Assembly: GCA_965219385.1 (NCBI GenBank)
Contig: CBDCNM010000002.1
Coordinates: forward strand, 1,854,936-1,918,935
Direction: 5' to 3'
Source of the DNA: Candidatus Latescibacterota bacterium
GTDB taxonomy: Bacteria > Latescibacterota > UBA2968 > UBA8231
Length of the DNA: 64,000 bases
The notes beneath the pieces were generated by a model. It was not told the DNA's origin. It was given only the letters and a program-made list of their open reading frames with translations, and made no database searches. Shown piece after piece: positions 10,821 to 20,308 of the stretch. The position numbers were made by a program, and so were the translations under genes. Each line of letters starts with the position of its first letter. Positions within the stretch are counted from its first letter, which is position 1.

Positions 10821-10919
10821 CTACCCGCGCCCGTAGGTGGGGGCCCCGAAGTAGTCGCGCTGGGCTTGCAACAGGTCCGCGGGCCGGCGGGCCGTGCGAT
10901 AGGCGTCGTAATAGGCCAG
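10821..10919 (-). pseudogene. gnd: C-terminal remnant of 6-phosphogluconate dehydrogenase
   Basis: [29 protein letters not shown] matches the Gnd signature [12 protein letters not shown]. Confidence 0.8.
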
Positions 10920-10985
10920 GCGCTGCCGAAGGCCGGCAGAGGAACGTCCCTCGCAGCCGTAGATCAAGCACAAAGGAGCGAGATT

Positions 10986-11768
10986 ATGGTAGCAGAAGGA
11001 AACCAGACCAGGGAAGACTACGAACGCGACGGCTACGCCATCTATCCCAATGTGCTGGATCCCGATTTGATCCAGGAGGCCAGCGGTCACGTGGACTGGT
11101 TGCTGGAAAAAAACCCGGGGACCCGCGGCGAGCAACTCCACAACCACCTCATGACCCACGATCCATTCTGGGTGCGGCTGATCAGCGACGAGCGCCTCCT
11201 GGACATCGCCCAGGAGTACGTGGGCCCCGGCATTGCCCTGTTCGCCTCGCACTACATCAGCAAGCCGCCGGTGGACGGGCATCCCGTGCTGTGGCACCAG
11301 GACGGCTCCTACTGGCCGCTGGAGCCCATGGAGGTGGTGACCTTGTGGCTGGCGGTGGACGATTCGCTGCCCGAGAACGGGTGCATGCGGGTCATTCCCG
11401 GATCCCATACCATGGAGCTACAAAAGATGCGGCGCGTCACCGGGAAGAAAAGCGTGCTCAGTTCGTCGATTGACCCGGACCTGGTGGACGAGTCCAGGGC
11501 CGTGGACCTGGTGATCGAGGCCGGGGGCGTATCGGTGCACCACCCGAACCTGGTCCACGGCTCCAACCCGAACGCCTCGGAACGCCGCCGCTGCGGCCTG
11601 ACCATTCGCTACATCCCGACCACCACCCGCATCGTCACCGAGGGGCAGTGGGCAAGCGCTTTCCTGCTGCGCGGCACCGCCGTTGAAGGGGTGAACCAGT
11701 ACCTGCCGCGACCCTGTTACATGGAGGGGGAGCACATGCCCTTCCGCGGCTGCGAGGCGTGGCGTTAG
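10986..11768 (+). CDS. PhyH family dioxygenase
   Basis: [32 protein letters not shown] upstream. Confidence 0.88.
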   Translation: MVAEGNQTREDYERDGYAIYPNVLDPDLIQEASGHVDWLLEKNPGTRGEQLHNHLMTHDPFWVRLISDERLLDIAQEYVGPGIALFASHYISKPPVDGHPVLWHQDGSYWPLEPMEVVTLWLAVDDSLPENGCMRVIPGSHTMELQKMRRVTGKKSVLSSSIDPDLVDESRAVDLVIEAGGVSVHHPNLVHGSNPNASERRRCGLTIRYIPTTTRIVTEGQWASAFLLRGTAVEGVNQYLPRPCYMEGEHMPFRGCEAWR

Positions 11769-11776
11769 AAGCCGTC

Positions 11777-12847
11777 TCAGGAAAGGATCTGCTCCTTCCA
11801 CAGCTCCGGGTCCAGGCCCAGGGACGCCGCTCCGTCGCAGATCCGCGACCAGGTAGTGTCGTCCACCTCGATGCCTTCCTCGCTGCGCTCCCGGGCGGTG
11901 CGGAACTCGGGTTCGCCCGGCAGCAGGATCTCGCCGATGCGCGGGTCGATGCGACTGGAGTGGACATGGCCGATGAGCCCTTCCAGTTCGTCGTAGTAGG
12001 CCTCGAGTTCGGCGAAGTGTTCGATGTTGTAGACCGTGATCAGGACCCCGTTGCTCTTCATGGCGGTCGCGCCGGCTGCACAACCCTCGCCGCTGAGAGC
12101 CCCGCCCAGTATTTCCACTATGAAACTCAGACAGTAGCCCTTGTAGGCCGATACCCCTCCGAGGGGTAAAATGGCGCCCCCAGCCCCGTCCAGATAGTCC
12201 GAAGGATCGGTGGTCAGTTCGCCTTCGCGATCGATGAGCCACCCTTCGGGTACGGCCTGGCCCCGGTTGTGGTAGATCCGGATCTTGCCTTCGGCGGTCG
12301 TGGAGGTGGCCATGTCCACCATGATCGGGTCGGCGTTCCGCCGCGGTGCCGCAAAGGCGATGGGGTTGGTGCTCAGCTTGCCGTCGAGGCCCCCGTAGGG
12401 CGCGATCTGTCGGCCCAGGGCGCCGGCGTTGACAAACACCAGCCCGATCATGCCTTTCCGCGCCGCCATCAGCGGATAGGCTCCGCAGCGCCCCACGTGG
12501 CTGGTATTGCGCAGGGTCACCGTGGCCGTGCCGTACTCGCGGGCCTTGGCCATGGCCAGCCGGGTGGCAAAGGCTCCTCCCACCTGGCCCATGGCCCCCC
12601 CGGCGTCGACCACGGCGGTGCAGGGCTTGTCGTGCACCACCTGCGGCACGCCTTTGGCGTCCCACAGACCGTCTTTGATAGATTTGATGTACTCGTAGAA
12701 GCGCAGGGTGCCGTGCGAGTCGTGCCCGAACAGGCTCGACTCCACCAGGTGGTCCGTCACAATCCGGGCGTCTTCGGGGGAACAACCCGTGGCTGTGAAA
12801 ATTTCATAACCGACCTGTCTGAGGGTCTCGGCTGCGAATCTGGGCAT
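11777..12847 (-). CDS. Ldh_2 family oxidoreductase (malate/L-lactate/ureidoglycolate dehydrogenase-like)
   Basis: GHDSHG, SHVGR, STNPIAFAAP, DMATS, YKGYCL, LLPGEPE. Confidence 0.9.
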   Translation of the reverse strand: MPRFAAETLRQVGYEIFTATGCSPEDARIVTDHLVESSLFGHDSHGTLRFYEYIKSIKDGLWDAKGVPQVVHDKPCTAVVDAGGAMGQVGGAFATRLAMAKAREYGTATVTLRNTSHVGRCGAYPLMAARKGMIGLVFVNAGALGRQIAPYGGLDGKLSTNPIAFAAPRRNADPIMVDMATSTTAEGKIRIYHNRGQAVPEGWLIDREGELTTDPSDYLDGAGGAILPLGGVSAYKGYCLSFIVEILGGALSGEGCAAGATAMKSNGVLITVYNIEHFAELEAYYDELEGLIGHVHSSRIDPRIGEILLPGEPEFRTARERSEEGIEVDDTTWSRICDGAASLGLDPELWKEQILS

Positions 12848-12870
12848 TGAGCTACCTCGTTTTTCGGGTT

Positions 12871-13686
12871 TCAGGGCGTTGCGGTTTCCAGGACGCGTTC
12901 GACCTCCCGCTCCCAGGTGCCGGCCACCTGGACGCCGTGCTCGGCGCTGCCGTCCGAGGCCCCGGAGCCGCTCAGGATAGGGTGGCGGCTGGACCCTCTT
13001 ACCAGCCGTGCCTGATCGACGCACTCGGTGCGCAGGAAGTGGAAGGCCATGCCGGCCCGTTCCCGCTCGGTGGTATTGGCGCGGGTGCAGTGGGCCGTGC
13101 CGTAGCAGAAAAAGACGGCGCCGCCGGCCGCCACTTCAAGCGGCACGGCGCGCTCCTCGGGCGGGTGGCAGCAGATGTGGTGATCGCTGTTGGGGTCGCG
13201 GCCGTGCTGGTAGTGCTCTTTGTAGCTGTCCGGGATGACGTGCAGGGTGCCGTTGGCCGTGGTGGCATCGTGGATGGCGATCCACATGGCCGTGCCCTGC
13301 ACGGGATCGTCAATCTTGAAGTAGGCGTTGTCCTGGTGCCAGGCCGTGCCCAGACCGTGGCACCCGGGCTTGAGGAACATCTGGTCCAGGTGGAGCAGAA
13401 AGGGGTCCCCGATCAGCTGGCCGACTGCATGGACTACCCGGGGGACAAAGGGCAGGGCCCTGATCAGGTCGCTCTTGTCGAAGAGGGGGATGAGCTGAAG
13501 ATTGGCCCTGGTGGTGGAGGGGGTTTTGCCGTCGCCGTCGGTGGCTACATTGCGCAGCAGCCCCTCGCGTTTAAAGCGCTCGACTTCGGCCTGCAGCGCG
13601 GTTACTTCCCGCGGCCCAAAAAAGTCGGGCACAGCCACGTACCCGTGGTTGCGAAAGTATTGTTGCTGGTGTGTTGTGAGAGCCAT
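12871..13686 (-). CDS. PhyH family dioxygenase
   Basis: WHQDNAYF, WIAIHDATTANGTL, AHCT. Confidence 0.88.
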   Translation of the reverse strand: MALTTHQQQYFRNHGYVAVPDFFGPREVTALQAEVERFKREGLLRNVATDGDGKTPSTTRANLQLIPLFDKSDLIRALPFVPRVVHAVGQLIGDPFLLHLDQMFLKPGCHGLGTAWHQDNAYFKIDDPVQGTAMWIAIHDATTANGTLHVIPDSYKEHYQHGRDPNSDHHICCHPPEERAVPLEVAAGGAVFFCYGTAHCTRANTTERERAGMAFHFLRTECVDQARLVRGSSRHPILSGSGASDGSAEHGVQVAGTWEREVERVLETATP

Positions 13687-13889
13687 AAAAAACCCCTTCT
13701 GGGTGGTACAATCCATTCGAGAGCAAAAAATAAACACGAGGCCGCCGATCATCAACAGCAAGCTGTTCGGCCTTGCCCGTTTGCACCGCATTACTTATAT
13801 ATAAGGTATTAGATACCCGCCGGACGGCATGATCGGCACCGCCACATCCGCGGACGAAAGCAGACCTTTGACACAACGGGGAACAGGCA

Positions 13890-14432
13890 ATGTTTGAAGA
13901 CGTCTGGAAGGCCTACGAAGCCAACGAACTGAGCCACAGTGCAGCCCATCACCTGATGGCCGTGCACGAGCTACGCGAGAGGCACGGGTACGCCCGGGTG
14001 TCGGACATCGCGCAGCATCTCAAGATCACCAAGGGCAGCGTGTCCTCGGCCATGAAACACCTCAAGGAACGCAGCTATGTCCGGGAGGACCACAACAAAT
14101 TCCTCGAGCTGACGGAAAAGGGGCTCAAGGTGGTGTGGGAAACCGAGGCTACTCGCCTGGTGGTGCAAAAATTTCTGAGCGATGCCCTGGGGATGGACGA
14201 GGACGACGCCGAAATAGACGCCTGCAAGGTGGAGCACCTCATCAGTTCCGAAGCGCGCGCCCGGTTGGTGTGGTTTCTGCGCTTCTTGTTTTCCGACGAT
14301 CCGGTGGCCCGAGCCTTCCTCGACGCCGTCGGGAACGGGGCGCTGGAGTGCAAGGACGGCAACGTGGATGCGTGCCGGCTCTGCGACCATATCTGTTTTG
14401 GCCACCTGGAACTCCTCGAAATGGAAAAGTAG
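13890..14432 (+). CDS. DtxR/MntR family metal-dependent regulator
   Basis: ARVSDIAQHL..TKGSVS HTH, DACKVEH metal site, Cys-rich tail. Confidence 0.88.
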   Translation: MFEDVWKAYEANELSHSAAHHLMAVHELRERHGYARVSDIAQHLKITKGSVSSAMKHLKERSYVREDHNKFLELTEKGLKVVWETEATRLVVQKFLSDALGMDEDDAEIDACKVEHLISSEARARLVWFLRFLFSDDPVARAFLDAVGNGALECKDGNVDACRLCDHICFGHLELLEMEK

Positions 14433-14620
14433 GGTGGTGGGCTGCGCGCGGGCGCAGCCGCAGGTGGGGTGGAGACCCCACGGCCGTGCACCTTCGCTCG
14501 AATGCTTCGCATGCGGCGTCCCTTCGGGTGCGCGCTTGGGCCTAACGGCCGGAATTTTCGCATGGATTCTTGCCCTCCGGGCCAGGTTTCTGGTCCGGAT
14601 TTTTTTGACGACAGAACCGC

Positions 14621-15610
14621 ATGAGCCGCCTGCTGGGCTTCCTCAAAAAACAATTTCTTCCCGTCGGTCTGATCGCGGTGGCCGTGCTTGGGTTCGTCTT
14701 TCCCGCACCCGGGCTCTACATGGCCGGGCTGTCCACCCAGCACATCGCCGTCACCCTCATCTTTTTGTGCTCCGGGCTGATGCTGCGCACCGACGAGGTC
14801 CACGCTGCCCTCTCGGCCTGGTCCGGGACTCTGTGGGGCAGTGTATCCATTCTGTTCATCACCCCGGTTCTGGGGGCCGCCATTGCCTTCCAGCTGCCCA
14901 TGGACCGCCACTTCCAGGTGGGGCTGGCCTTGTTTTGCTGCATGCCCACCACCCTGTCCTCGGGCATCGCCCTCACCAACCAGGCGCGCGGCAACGTGGC
15001 CCTGGCCCTGCTTTTGACCGTGCTGACCAACATCGCGGGCATCTTCACGGTGCCCTTTGTCCTGGCCCAGTTGCTGGAAACCCTGGGCCAGGTCGAGTTG
15101 TCGGCGGCCGAACTGCTGAAAAAGCTGTGCCTCTCCATCCTTTTGCCCCTGGCAGTGGGCAAGTACCTGCGGCGCTTTGTAGAAGAGTGGGCCGACCGCA
15201 ACCGCACCGGGCTGACCATGTTCAGCAGCCTGGCCCTGATCTCCATCCCGTGGATGAAGTTCAGCGAATCTTCCGAGAAACTCTCGCAAATAGCCCTCGC
15301 CAGTTTGGCTTTGATGCTGCTTTCGGGGCTGGTCATCCACGTGCTTTATCTCCTGCTCAACAACGGGGCCTGCCGGCTCCTGCGCCTGCAAATCGAAGCC
15401 CGCAAGGCCGTGGTGCTGCTGGCCAGCCAGAAGACCTTGCCGGTGGCCATGGCGGTCCTGGCCTTTCTGCCGGAATCCGCGGTCTCGGCCGAGGCCAGGG
15501 GCTTGATCGCCATTCCTTGCATCACCTTCCACCTGGGGCAGATCTTCCTCGACGCGGTGATTGCCACGCGCTGGGGTCGCGCCGCGGGTCGACCTGTGCC
15601 CGGGAGATGA
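14621..15610 (+). CDS. Bile acid:sodium symporter (SBF-like) family transporter
   Basis: Multi-TM; PTTLSSG, GNVALAL, SQKTLP. Confidence 0.88.
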   Translation: MSRLLGFLKKQFLPVGLIAVAVLGFVFPAPGLYMAGLSTQHIAVTLIFLCSGLMLRTDEVHAALSAWSGTLWGSVSILFITPVLGAAIAFQLPMDRHFQVGLALFCCMPTTLSSGIALTNQARGNVALALLLTVLTNIAGIFTVPFVLAQLLETLGQVELSAAELLKKLCLSILLPLAVGKYLRRFVEEWADRNRTGLTMFSSLALISIPWMKFSESSEKLSQIALASLALMLLSGLVIHVLYLLLNNGACRLLRLQIEARKAVVLLASQKTLPVAMAVLAFLPESAVSAEARGLIAIPCITFHLGQIFLDAVIATRWGRAAGRPVPGR

Positions 15611-15616
15611 AGAGCC

Positions 15617-16414
15617 ATGTCGGTCTACGGTGGGAAAGTGATTTACACCTGCAGGGACGAGCACGGAGTGATCGATGTGGTGGACGAGTCCACGGTCCGC
15701 TCCCTGCACTTTGGCACGGAAGCCCGCCAGAGCACCATGTTCTTCCACGACCGTCAGGCTCTGGCCTTGATCTATACCCGCTGCATGATGACCTCGCTGC
15801 TGTTCGAGGACGATCCGCGTTTCGTGCTGCTTTTGGGCCTGGGCGGGGGCTCCCTGCCCAAGTTTCTGCTGCGCCACTTCTCCCGCTGTCGCATCGACGC
15901 GGTGGAAAAACGCAAAAAGGTAGCGGAGTTGGCGCGCACCTACTTTCACCTGGACCCCGATCCGCGGCTCGAGATTCACCACCTGGACGCGGCGGATTTC
16001 CTGAACGCCCAACCGGGCAGGTCCTACGATCTGGTCCTGGTGGATATCCACGACCCCGACAGTATGTCCAGCGCCGTCAGCGGAGAGCACTTTTTCGCGG
16101 CCTGCCAGCAGCGTCTGCGGGGCCGCGGCATCCTCTCCATCAACCTGTGGAGCGGGGATCGCGACGAGGTCTTGAAAAGGGTCCAGCACAACCTCGAAAG
16201 CAGCTTTGCCCGGCAGGTGCTGTACCTGCCCGTGGCCCGCAAGCGCAACCGCATTGCCCTGGCCTTTAACTACGAGTTGCCCCAGGGTTTGATGAAGGGT
16301 CTGCGCCTCCGGGCCGTCGAGCTGGGCCGCCGTTATGACATTGAGTTTCCCAAGCTTTTGCGCGATTTGCAAAGAGCCAATCCGCGCCAGTTGGGCCGGC
16401 GTTTTTGGTGGTAG
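15617..16414 (+). CDS. Spermidine synthase-like SAM-dependent protein
   Basis: RSLHFG..QS, LLGLGGGSL, YDLVLVD. Confidence 0.8.
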   Translation: MSVYGGKVIYTCRDEHGVIDVVDESTVRSLHFGTEARQSTMFFHDRQALALIYTRCMMTSLLFEDDPRFVLLLGLGGGSLPKFLLRHFSRCRIDAVEKRKKVAELARTYFHLDPDPRLEIHHLDAADFLNAQPGRSYDLVLVDIHDPDSMSSAVSGEHFFAACQQRLRGRGILSINLWSGDRDEVLKRVQHNLESSFARQVLYLPVARKRNRIALAFNYELPQGLMKGLRLRAVELGRRYDIEFPKLLRDLQRANPRQLGRRFWW

Positions 16415-16456
16415 AGGAAAAGGGAAAGATTGGCAGGGCAGCTTTACCCGCGGCGC

Positions 16457-17419
16457 TCAGCCCTTGTAGAGGTGGGCCACCTGCTCGGCGTAGCCGTTGT
16501 AAAGCTGGGTGGGCACCCGCTCCCCGGTGTCGATCAAGCGCTCTGTGGCCTGAGACCAGCGCGGATGCGGCACCTTTGGGTTGACATTGGCCCAGAAGTC
16601 GTACTCGGAGGAGGCCGCGCTCCAGAAGGTGGGCGGCTGCTTTTCCACGAACTCGATCTGCACGATGGATTTGATGCTCTTAAAGCCGTACTTCCAGGGG
16701 GTGATGAGGCGGATGGGAGCGCCGTGCTGTTTGGGCAGTTCGTGGCCGTAGATCCCGGTGACCAGGAAGGTCAACACATTGGTGGCCTCGGCCATTGTGA
16801 GGCCTTCGTAGTAGGGCCAGGGGTACCAGTGCTGGAACTTCTGGCCGCGGGCCTGGTCGGGCTTGTAAAAGGTGACCATGCGGACGTAGCGGGCCGCGGA
16901 GAGCGGCCGGACCTCGTTGATGAGGGCCTTGAGGGTGAAGCCGGTCCAGGGCACGGCCATGGCCCAGGCCTCGACGCAGCGGAAACGGTAGAGCCGCTCT
17001 TCCAGCGGCAGGCGCCGGACCAGGTCGTCGACATCGTAGATTCGGGGTTTTTCCACCAGGCCCCCGACCTCCACCTGCCAGGGGCGGATCCGGAAGGCCC
17101 CCACCAGGTTGCGCACTTCTTCCTTGTCCGTGGTGAACTCGTAGAAGTTGTTGTAGGCGGCGGCGACGCGTTCATCGGTGAGGGTGCGGTCCAGGGTGAA
17201 GCCAGGGTTGCGCCGGGCAGGATACAGGGCGGCGATGTCCGGGGGTGTTTTTTGCTCCGGCCCGCTTTGGGCCTGGGGCTTGGCCGTGCAGCCGGCCACC
17301 AAACCCAGGCCGGCAAAGCCCATTTTCTGGAGAAACCTTCGCCGGTTTGCCCACACGCGCTCGGGGGTAGCCTTGCGTTCGGGTAGCTCCCAGCCTCTGG
17401 GTATGCGGATGAATGCCAT
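16457..17419 (-). CDS. msrP: Protein-methionine-sulfoxide reductase catalytic subunit
   Basis: Tat NRRRFL, YNNFYEF, RFRCVEAW, PWKYGFKSIKSI, HPRWSQATER. Confidence 0.93.
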   Translation of the reverse strand: MAFIRIPRGWELPERKATPERVWANRRRFLQKMGFAGLGLVAGCTAKPQAQSGPEQKTPPDIAALYPARRNPGFTLDRTLTDERVAAAYNNFYEFTTDKEEVRNLVGAFRIRPWQVEVGGLVEKPRIYDVDDLVRRLPLEERLYRFRCVEAWAMAVPWTGFTLKALINEVRPLSAARYVRMVTFYKPDQARGQKFQHWYPWPYYEGLTMAEATNVLTFLVTGIYGHELPKQHGAPIRLITPWKYGFKSIKSIVQIEFVEKQPPTFWSAASSEYDFWANVNPKVPHPRWSQATERLIDTGERVPTQLYNGYAEQVAHLYKG

Positions 17420-17494
17420 AGGGACCTCTCTTTTTTGGCGGATGGTATCGAGCTTTGTATTAGACTCTCGAAAACCCCAGGAGATTCTCGCTTG

Positions 17495-18703
17495 CTATCC
17501 TCCCTGTTTGAAGGGAAGAACCATGTCCGGCGCCCCGGGGTCAATGCTGGCGCCCTGAGGGCGCGGGCCAAGCGGGCGGATCGGCATCTGGTCGTAGGAC
17601 TCGTAGGCTATGTCCAGGTAGGGGGTTTCGATCTTGCGGCCCCCCTCGTGGGACGAATTCATGACCGCGTCGATGACCCCGGTGGTCAGCAGGGTGCGCT
17701 CGGGTGGGTAGGGGGCCTGGCCGGTCTTGAAGAATTGCTGGATGTTGCGGCACAGATAACTGAAATGGGCAAAAGGACCCTCGTTCTGCAGGTAGAATTC
17801 GGTGCCCTGCACCTGGCCGTCCACCCGGGCGGCATAGGCAAAGTCGCTCACGTAGCCGTTGAGCATCAAGGTGGCGGTCTTGAGTCCGTCGGCGTGTTCC
17901 ATCAGGTAGACCAGCGGCTCTTTGGCGTGCTCTTCCATGGGGCCCTTGGGTTTGTTCTCGATGGGGTCGCAGGCGGCCTGGGCCAGTTCCTGCGACCACA
18001 GCCCTTGGTCGCGCGCCTTCCACACCTGGTCGCCCTTGAGGCACTGCACCCGGACCATGCCCTTTTCACCGCCCTGGCGGCGCTCGATCATGCATTGCAG
18101 GGTCTCCAGGGCATGGTAGCCGTAGGCCTCCTGGCCGCCGTAGCCGATGGAGAGGGCTTCTTCTAGGTGGACGCCCTTGTCGTGTTCGAGAAAGGGCTGG
18201 CGCCAGCACAGCGGCAGGGAGGAGCCGGCCATAAGCGGGATGTCCAGCTGGCGGGCCCGGTCCCACATCCAGCGGGCGTCGCCAAAGTCGTAGGCAAGGT
18301 GTTTGTCGTTGAAGACCGGCACCGAACGGCCGCTTTCGGCAAAGACGCCGGCGATCTGTTCAAAGAAGTAGCGCCGGGGATACATGTGGCGGCCCCGCTC
18401 GTTCCAGGGGTAGTCGCCGTGCTCGGCAATCAGCAGCACCCCGTCTACGTCGAGCTGGTCGCTGCCGGCGTGCAGGGCCTGGCGGATGCTCGGGTAGATT
18501 TGCACGCCGTAGTCCGCGGCGCGCTGGTGGCCGATGTCGTCTTCCATCACGTGGTCGATGTACATGGAAACCAGGTCCACCTCGGGAGGGAAAAAGCCTT
18601 CGTCGGTGGAGCCGCCCTTCAGGAACTTGGTGGGGATGACGTCGGCGTGGGCAACGGGGCGGTAGATGGTGATGATGGCGGCTACGCGGGGGCGTTCGCT
18701 CAT
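17495..18703 (-). CDS. Conserved hypothetical, Gfo/Idh/MocA-like oxidoreductase
   Basis: DGVLLIAEHGDYP, VFNDKHL, MAGSSLP, YGYHALE. Confidence 0.6.
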   Translation of the reverse strand: MSERPRVAAIITIYRPVAHADVIPTKFLKGGSTDEGFFPPEVDLVSMYIDHVMEDDIGHQRAADYGVQIYPSIRQALHAGSDQLDVDGVLLIAEHGDYPWNERGRHMYPRRYFFEQIAGVFAESGRSVPVFNDKHLAYDFGDARWMWDRARQLDIPLMAGSSLPLCWRQPFLEHDKGVHLEEALSIGYGGQEAYGYHALETLQCMIERRQGGEKGMVRVQCLKGDQVWKARDQGLWSQELAQAACDPIENKPKGPMEEHAKEPLVYLMEHADGLKTATLMLNGYVSDFAYAARVDGQVQGTEFYLQNEGPFAHFSYLCRNIQQFFKTGQAPYPPERTLLTTGVIDAVMNSSHEGGRKIETPYLDIAYESYDQMPIRPLGPRPQGASIDPGAPDMVLPFKQGG

Positions 18704-18807
18704 GGGATAGGTCTCTCCTTTAAAAGGGCAGCATTCGCCGGCTTGTATTTTGTGAAGCGCTCGTCGAGCACCTCGATGCGACTATCTGGATATCTCACCA
18801 GTTCCAT
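18700..18807 (-). pseudogene. 35-aa ORF resembling the N-terminus of SMP-30/gluconolactonase
   Basis: MELVRYPDSRIEVLDERFTKYKPANAA...*; stop overlaps the ATG at 18703. Confidence 0.55.
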
Positions 18808-19032
18808 ATCTTTCTTCCTGGTCAAATTAACCGACTGCGGCGGATTTCTGATGAAAGTTCTGGTTTTGTCCGGCCTCAATCAAGGTTTTGAGCAAAAGCA
18901 GTCAAATCGCTTGATTTATGTACAAATGAATACTCAGTACTGCACGGGATCGGTGGGCGGGGCCGCGCGGGGCTTGTGCCTCTGGCGTTTTATGAGGCCC
19001 AAGGCGCTCTTGCCAACGGTGGGGTGGCGCCG

Positions 19033-19887
19033 GTGAGCGCGGGGGTTTGGACCTTGGTGCTGATTTCGGCGGCGTGTCACGCCGGGTGGAATTTCTATGC
19101 CCGGAAGGTGGCGGGGCACATCGGAATTTTGTGGCTGGCCAAGGCGATCGCGCTCTTGTTTTTGCTACCTGTAGCCGGGTGGGCGGCGCGGTGGGATGAA
19201 GCCGCGGCGTGGTCGTGGCCGGGCGTGGGATACGTGGTGCTCACGGGCTTGCTGCATGCTCTCTACATTTACCTTTTGAGCCGCGCCTATGCCCGGGGGG
19301 AAATTTCAGTGGTCTATCCAGTGGCGCGGGGAACCGGGGTCGGGCTGACAGGGGTGGGGGCTTGGTTGTTGTTGGGCGAGGCCGTTTCCTGGTGGGGCGG
19401 TTGGGGGGTTGGTTTGGTATTGGCGGGGATCGTCCTAATGGGGGCCCCGGCTTTTCGAAATAGGCGACGGGTGGAGGGGCTGGGCATGGCACTTGGGGTG
19501 GGGGCCGTGATCGCGTGCTATTCGCTGGTCGATAAAGCGGGGGTGCAGGTAGTGCATCCGGTGGTTTATATCGGTGGGATGTACTTGGTATCCGTGGTGA
19601 CTTTGGCGCCGTTTGTGGTGCCGCGGTTTTGGGGGCAGTTGAGGGCCTTGGGTAAAGATCATGTGGACGCCTTGCTGGCGATTGGTCTGGGCTCTGCGGG
19701 AACGTACTTGATGATTCTGTTCGCCTTTCAGCTGGGGCCGGTGGGGTATATTGTCGCGGCCCGGGAAGCAGCGGTGGTGATCGGGGTTTTGTTGGGTGTG
19801 TTTGCCCTCAAGGAGCCTTTGTCCGCGGCCAAGGGCGCGGCTATTGGGGTGATTGTTTTGGGTTTATTTTGCCTTAGAGCGGGGTGA
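19033..19887 (+). CDS. DMT/EamA family transporter
   Basis: HAGWN, YARGEISVVYPVARG, YSLVDK, AARE; start uncertain. Confidence 0.85.
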   Translation: MSAGVWTLVLISAACHAGWNFYARKVAGHIGILWLAKAIALLFLLPVAGWAARWDEAAAWSWPGVGYVVLTGLLHALYIYLLSRAYARGEISVVYPVARGTGVGLTGVGAWLLLGEAVSWWGGWGVGLVLAGIVLMGAPAFRNRRRVEGLGMALGVGAVIACYSLVDKAGVQVVHPVVYIGGMYLVSVVTLAPFVVPRFWGQLRALGKDHVDALLAIGLGSAGTYLMILFAFQLGPVGYIVAAREAAVVIGVLLGVFALKEPLSAAKGAAIGVIVLGLFCLRAG

Positions 19888-19890
19888 GCG

Positions 19891-19980
19891 GTGACGACCT
19901 ACTATCTGCAAATGACCGATCCGGCGCAGTTGCGGCCAGCGCAGCGGGTGGTGGAGGGCTTTAAAGTCAGGCAGTCGCGG
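19891..19980 (+). pseudogene. N-terminal remnant resembling a GNAT acetyltransferase
   Basis: VTTYYLQMTDPAQLRP, after which similarity is lost. Confidence 0.4.
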
Positions 19981-20308
19981 CGGTCTTACTTTATCGGGCG
20001 GAGGCCGCCATTTTTTACGGGTGGGCGTGCCCATAGCTCGGCCTGGATAGTGGATCGGCCTAGGGTTATATTAGACACTATTATATTCAAGGCCCAAAGG
20101 AGTGTCTGTGATGAGCAACAGACGACGTTCACCTCAAGAAAACGGCCGACTTTCGGCGAAGCGTAAAAGCGAAGCGGTAAGGTCAATCCGCGCTACTACC
20201 GCATCGAAGAGCTCACCGCGGCCAAACAGGTGCTCAATCGACCTGAGAAGCACCCGCACAATCCGGTTCTGCGGCCCGGAGAATTGTTTTTACACCCTGC
20301 TTGCTGAT

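Noticed and set aside
14075..16372. Long antisense or alternate-frame ORFs (also 5514-7151, 14368-16269, 32614-34086, 55302-56732)
   Set aside because: GC-rich shadows of well-supported genes, with no motifs
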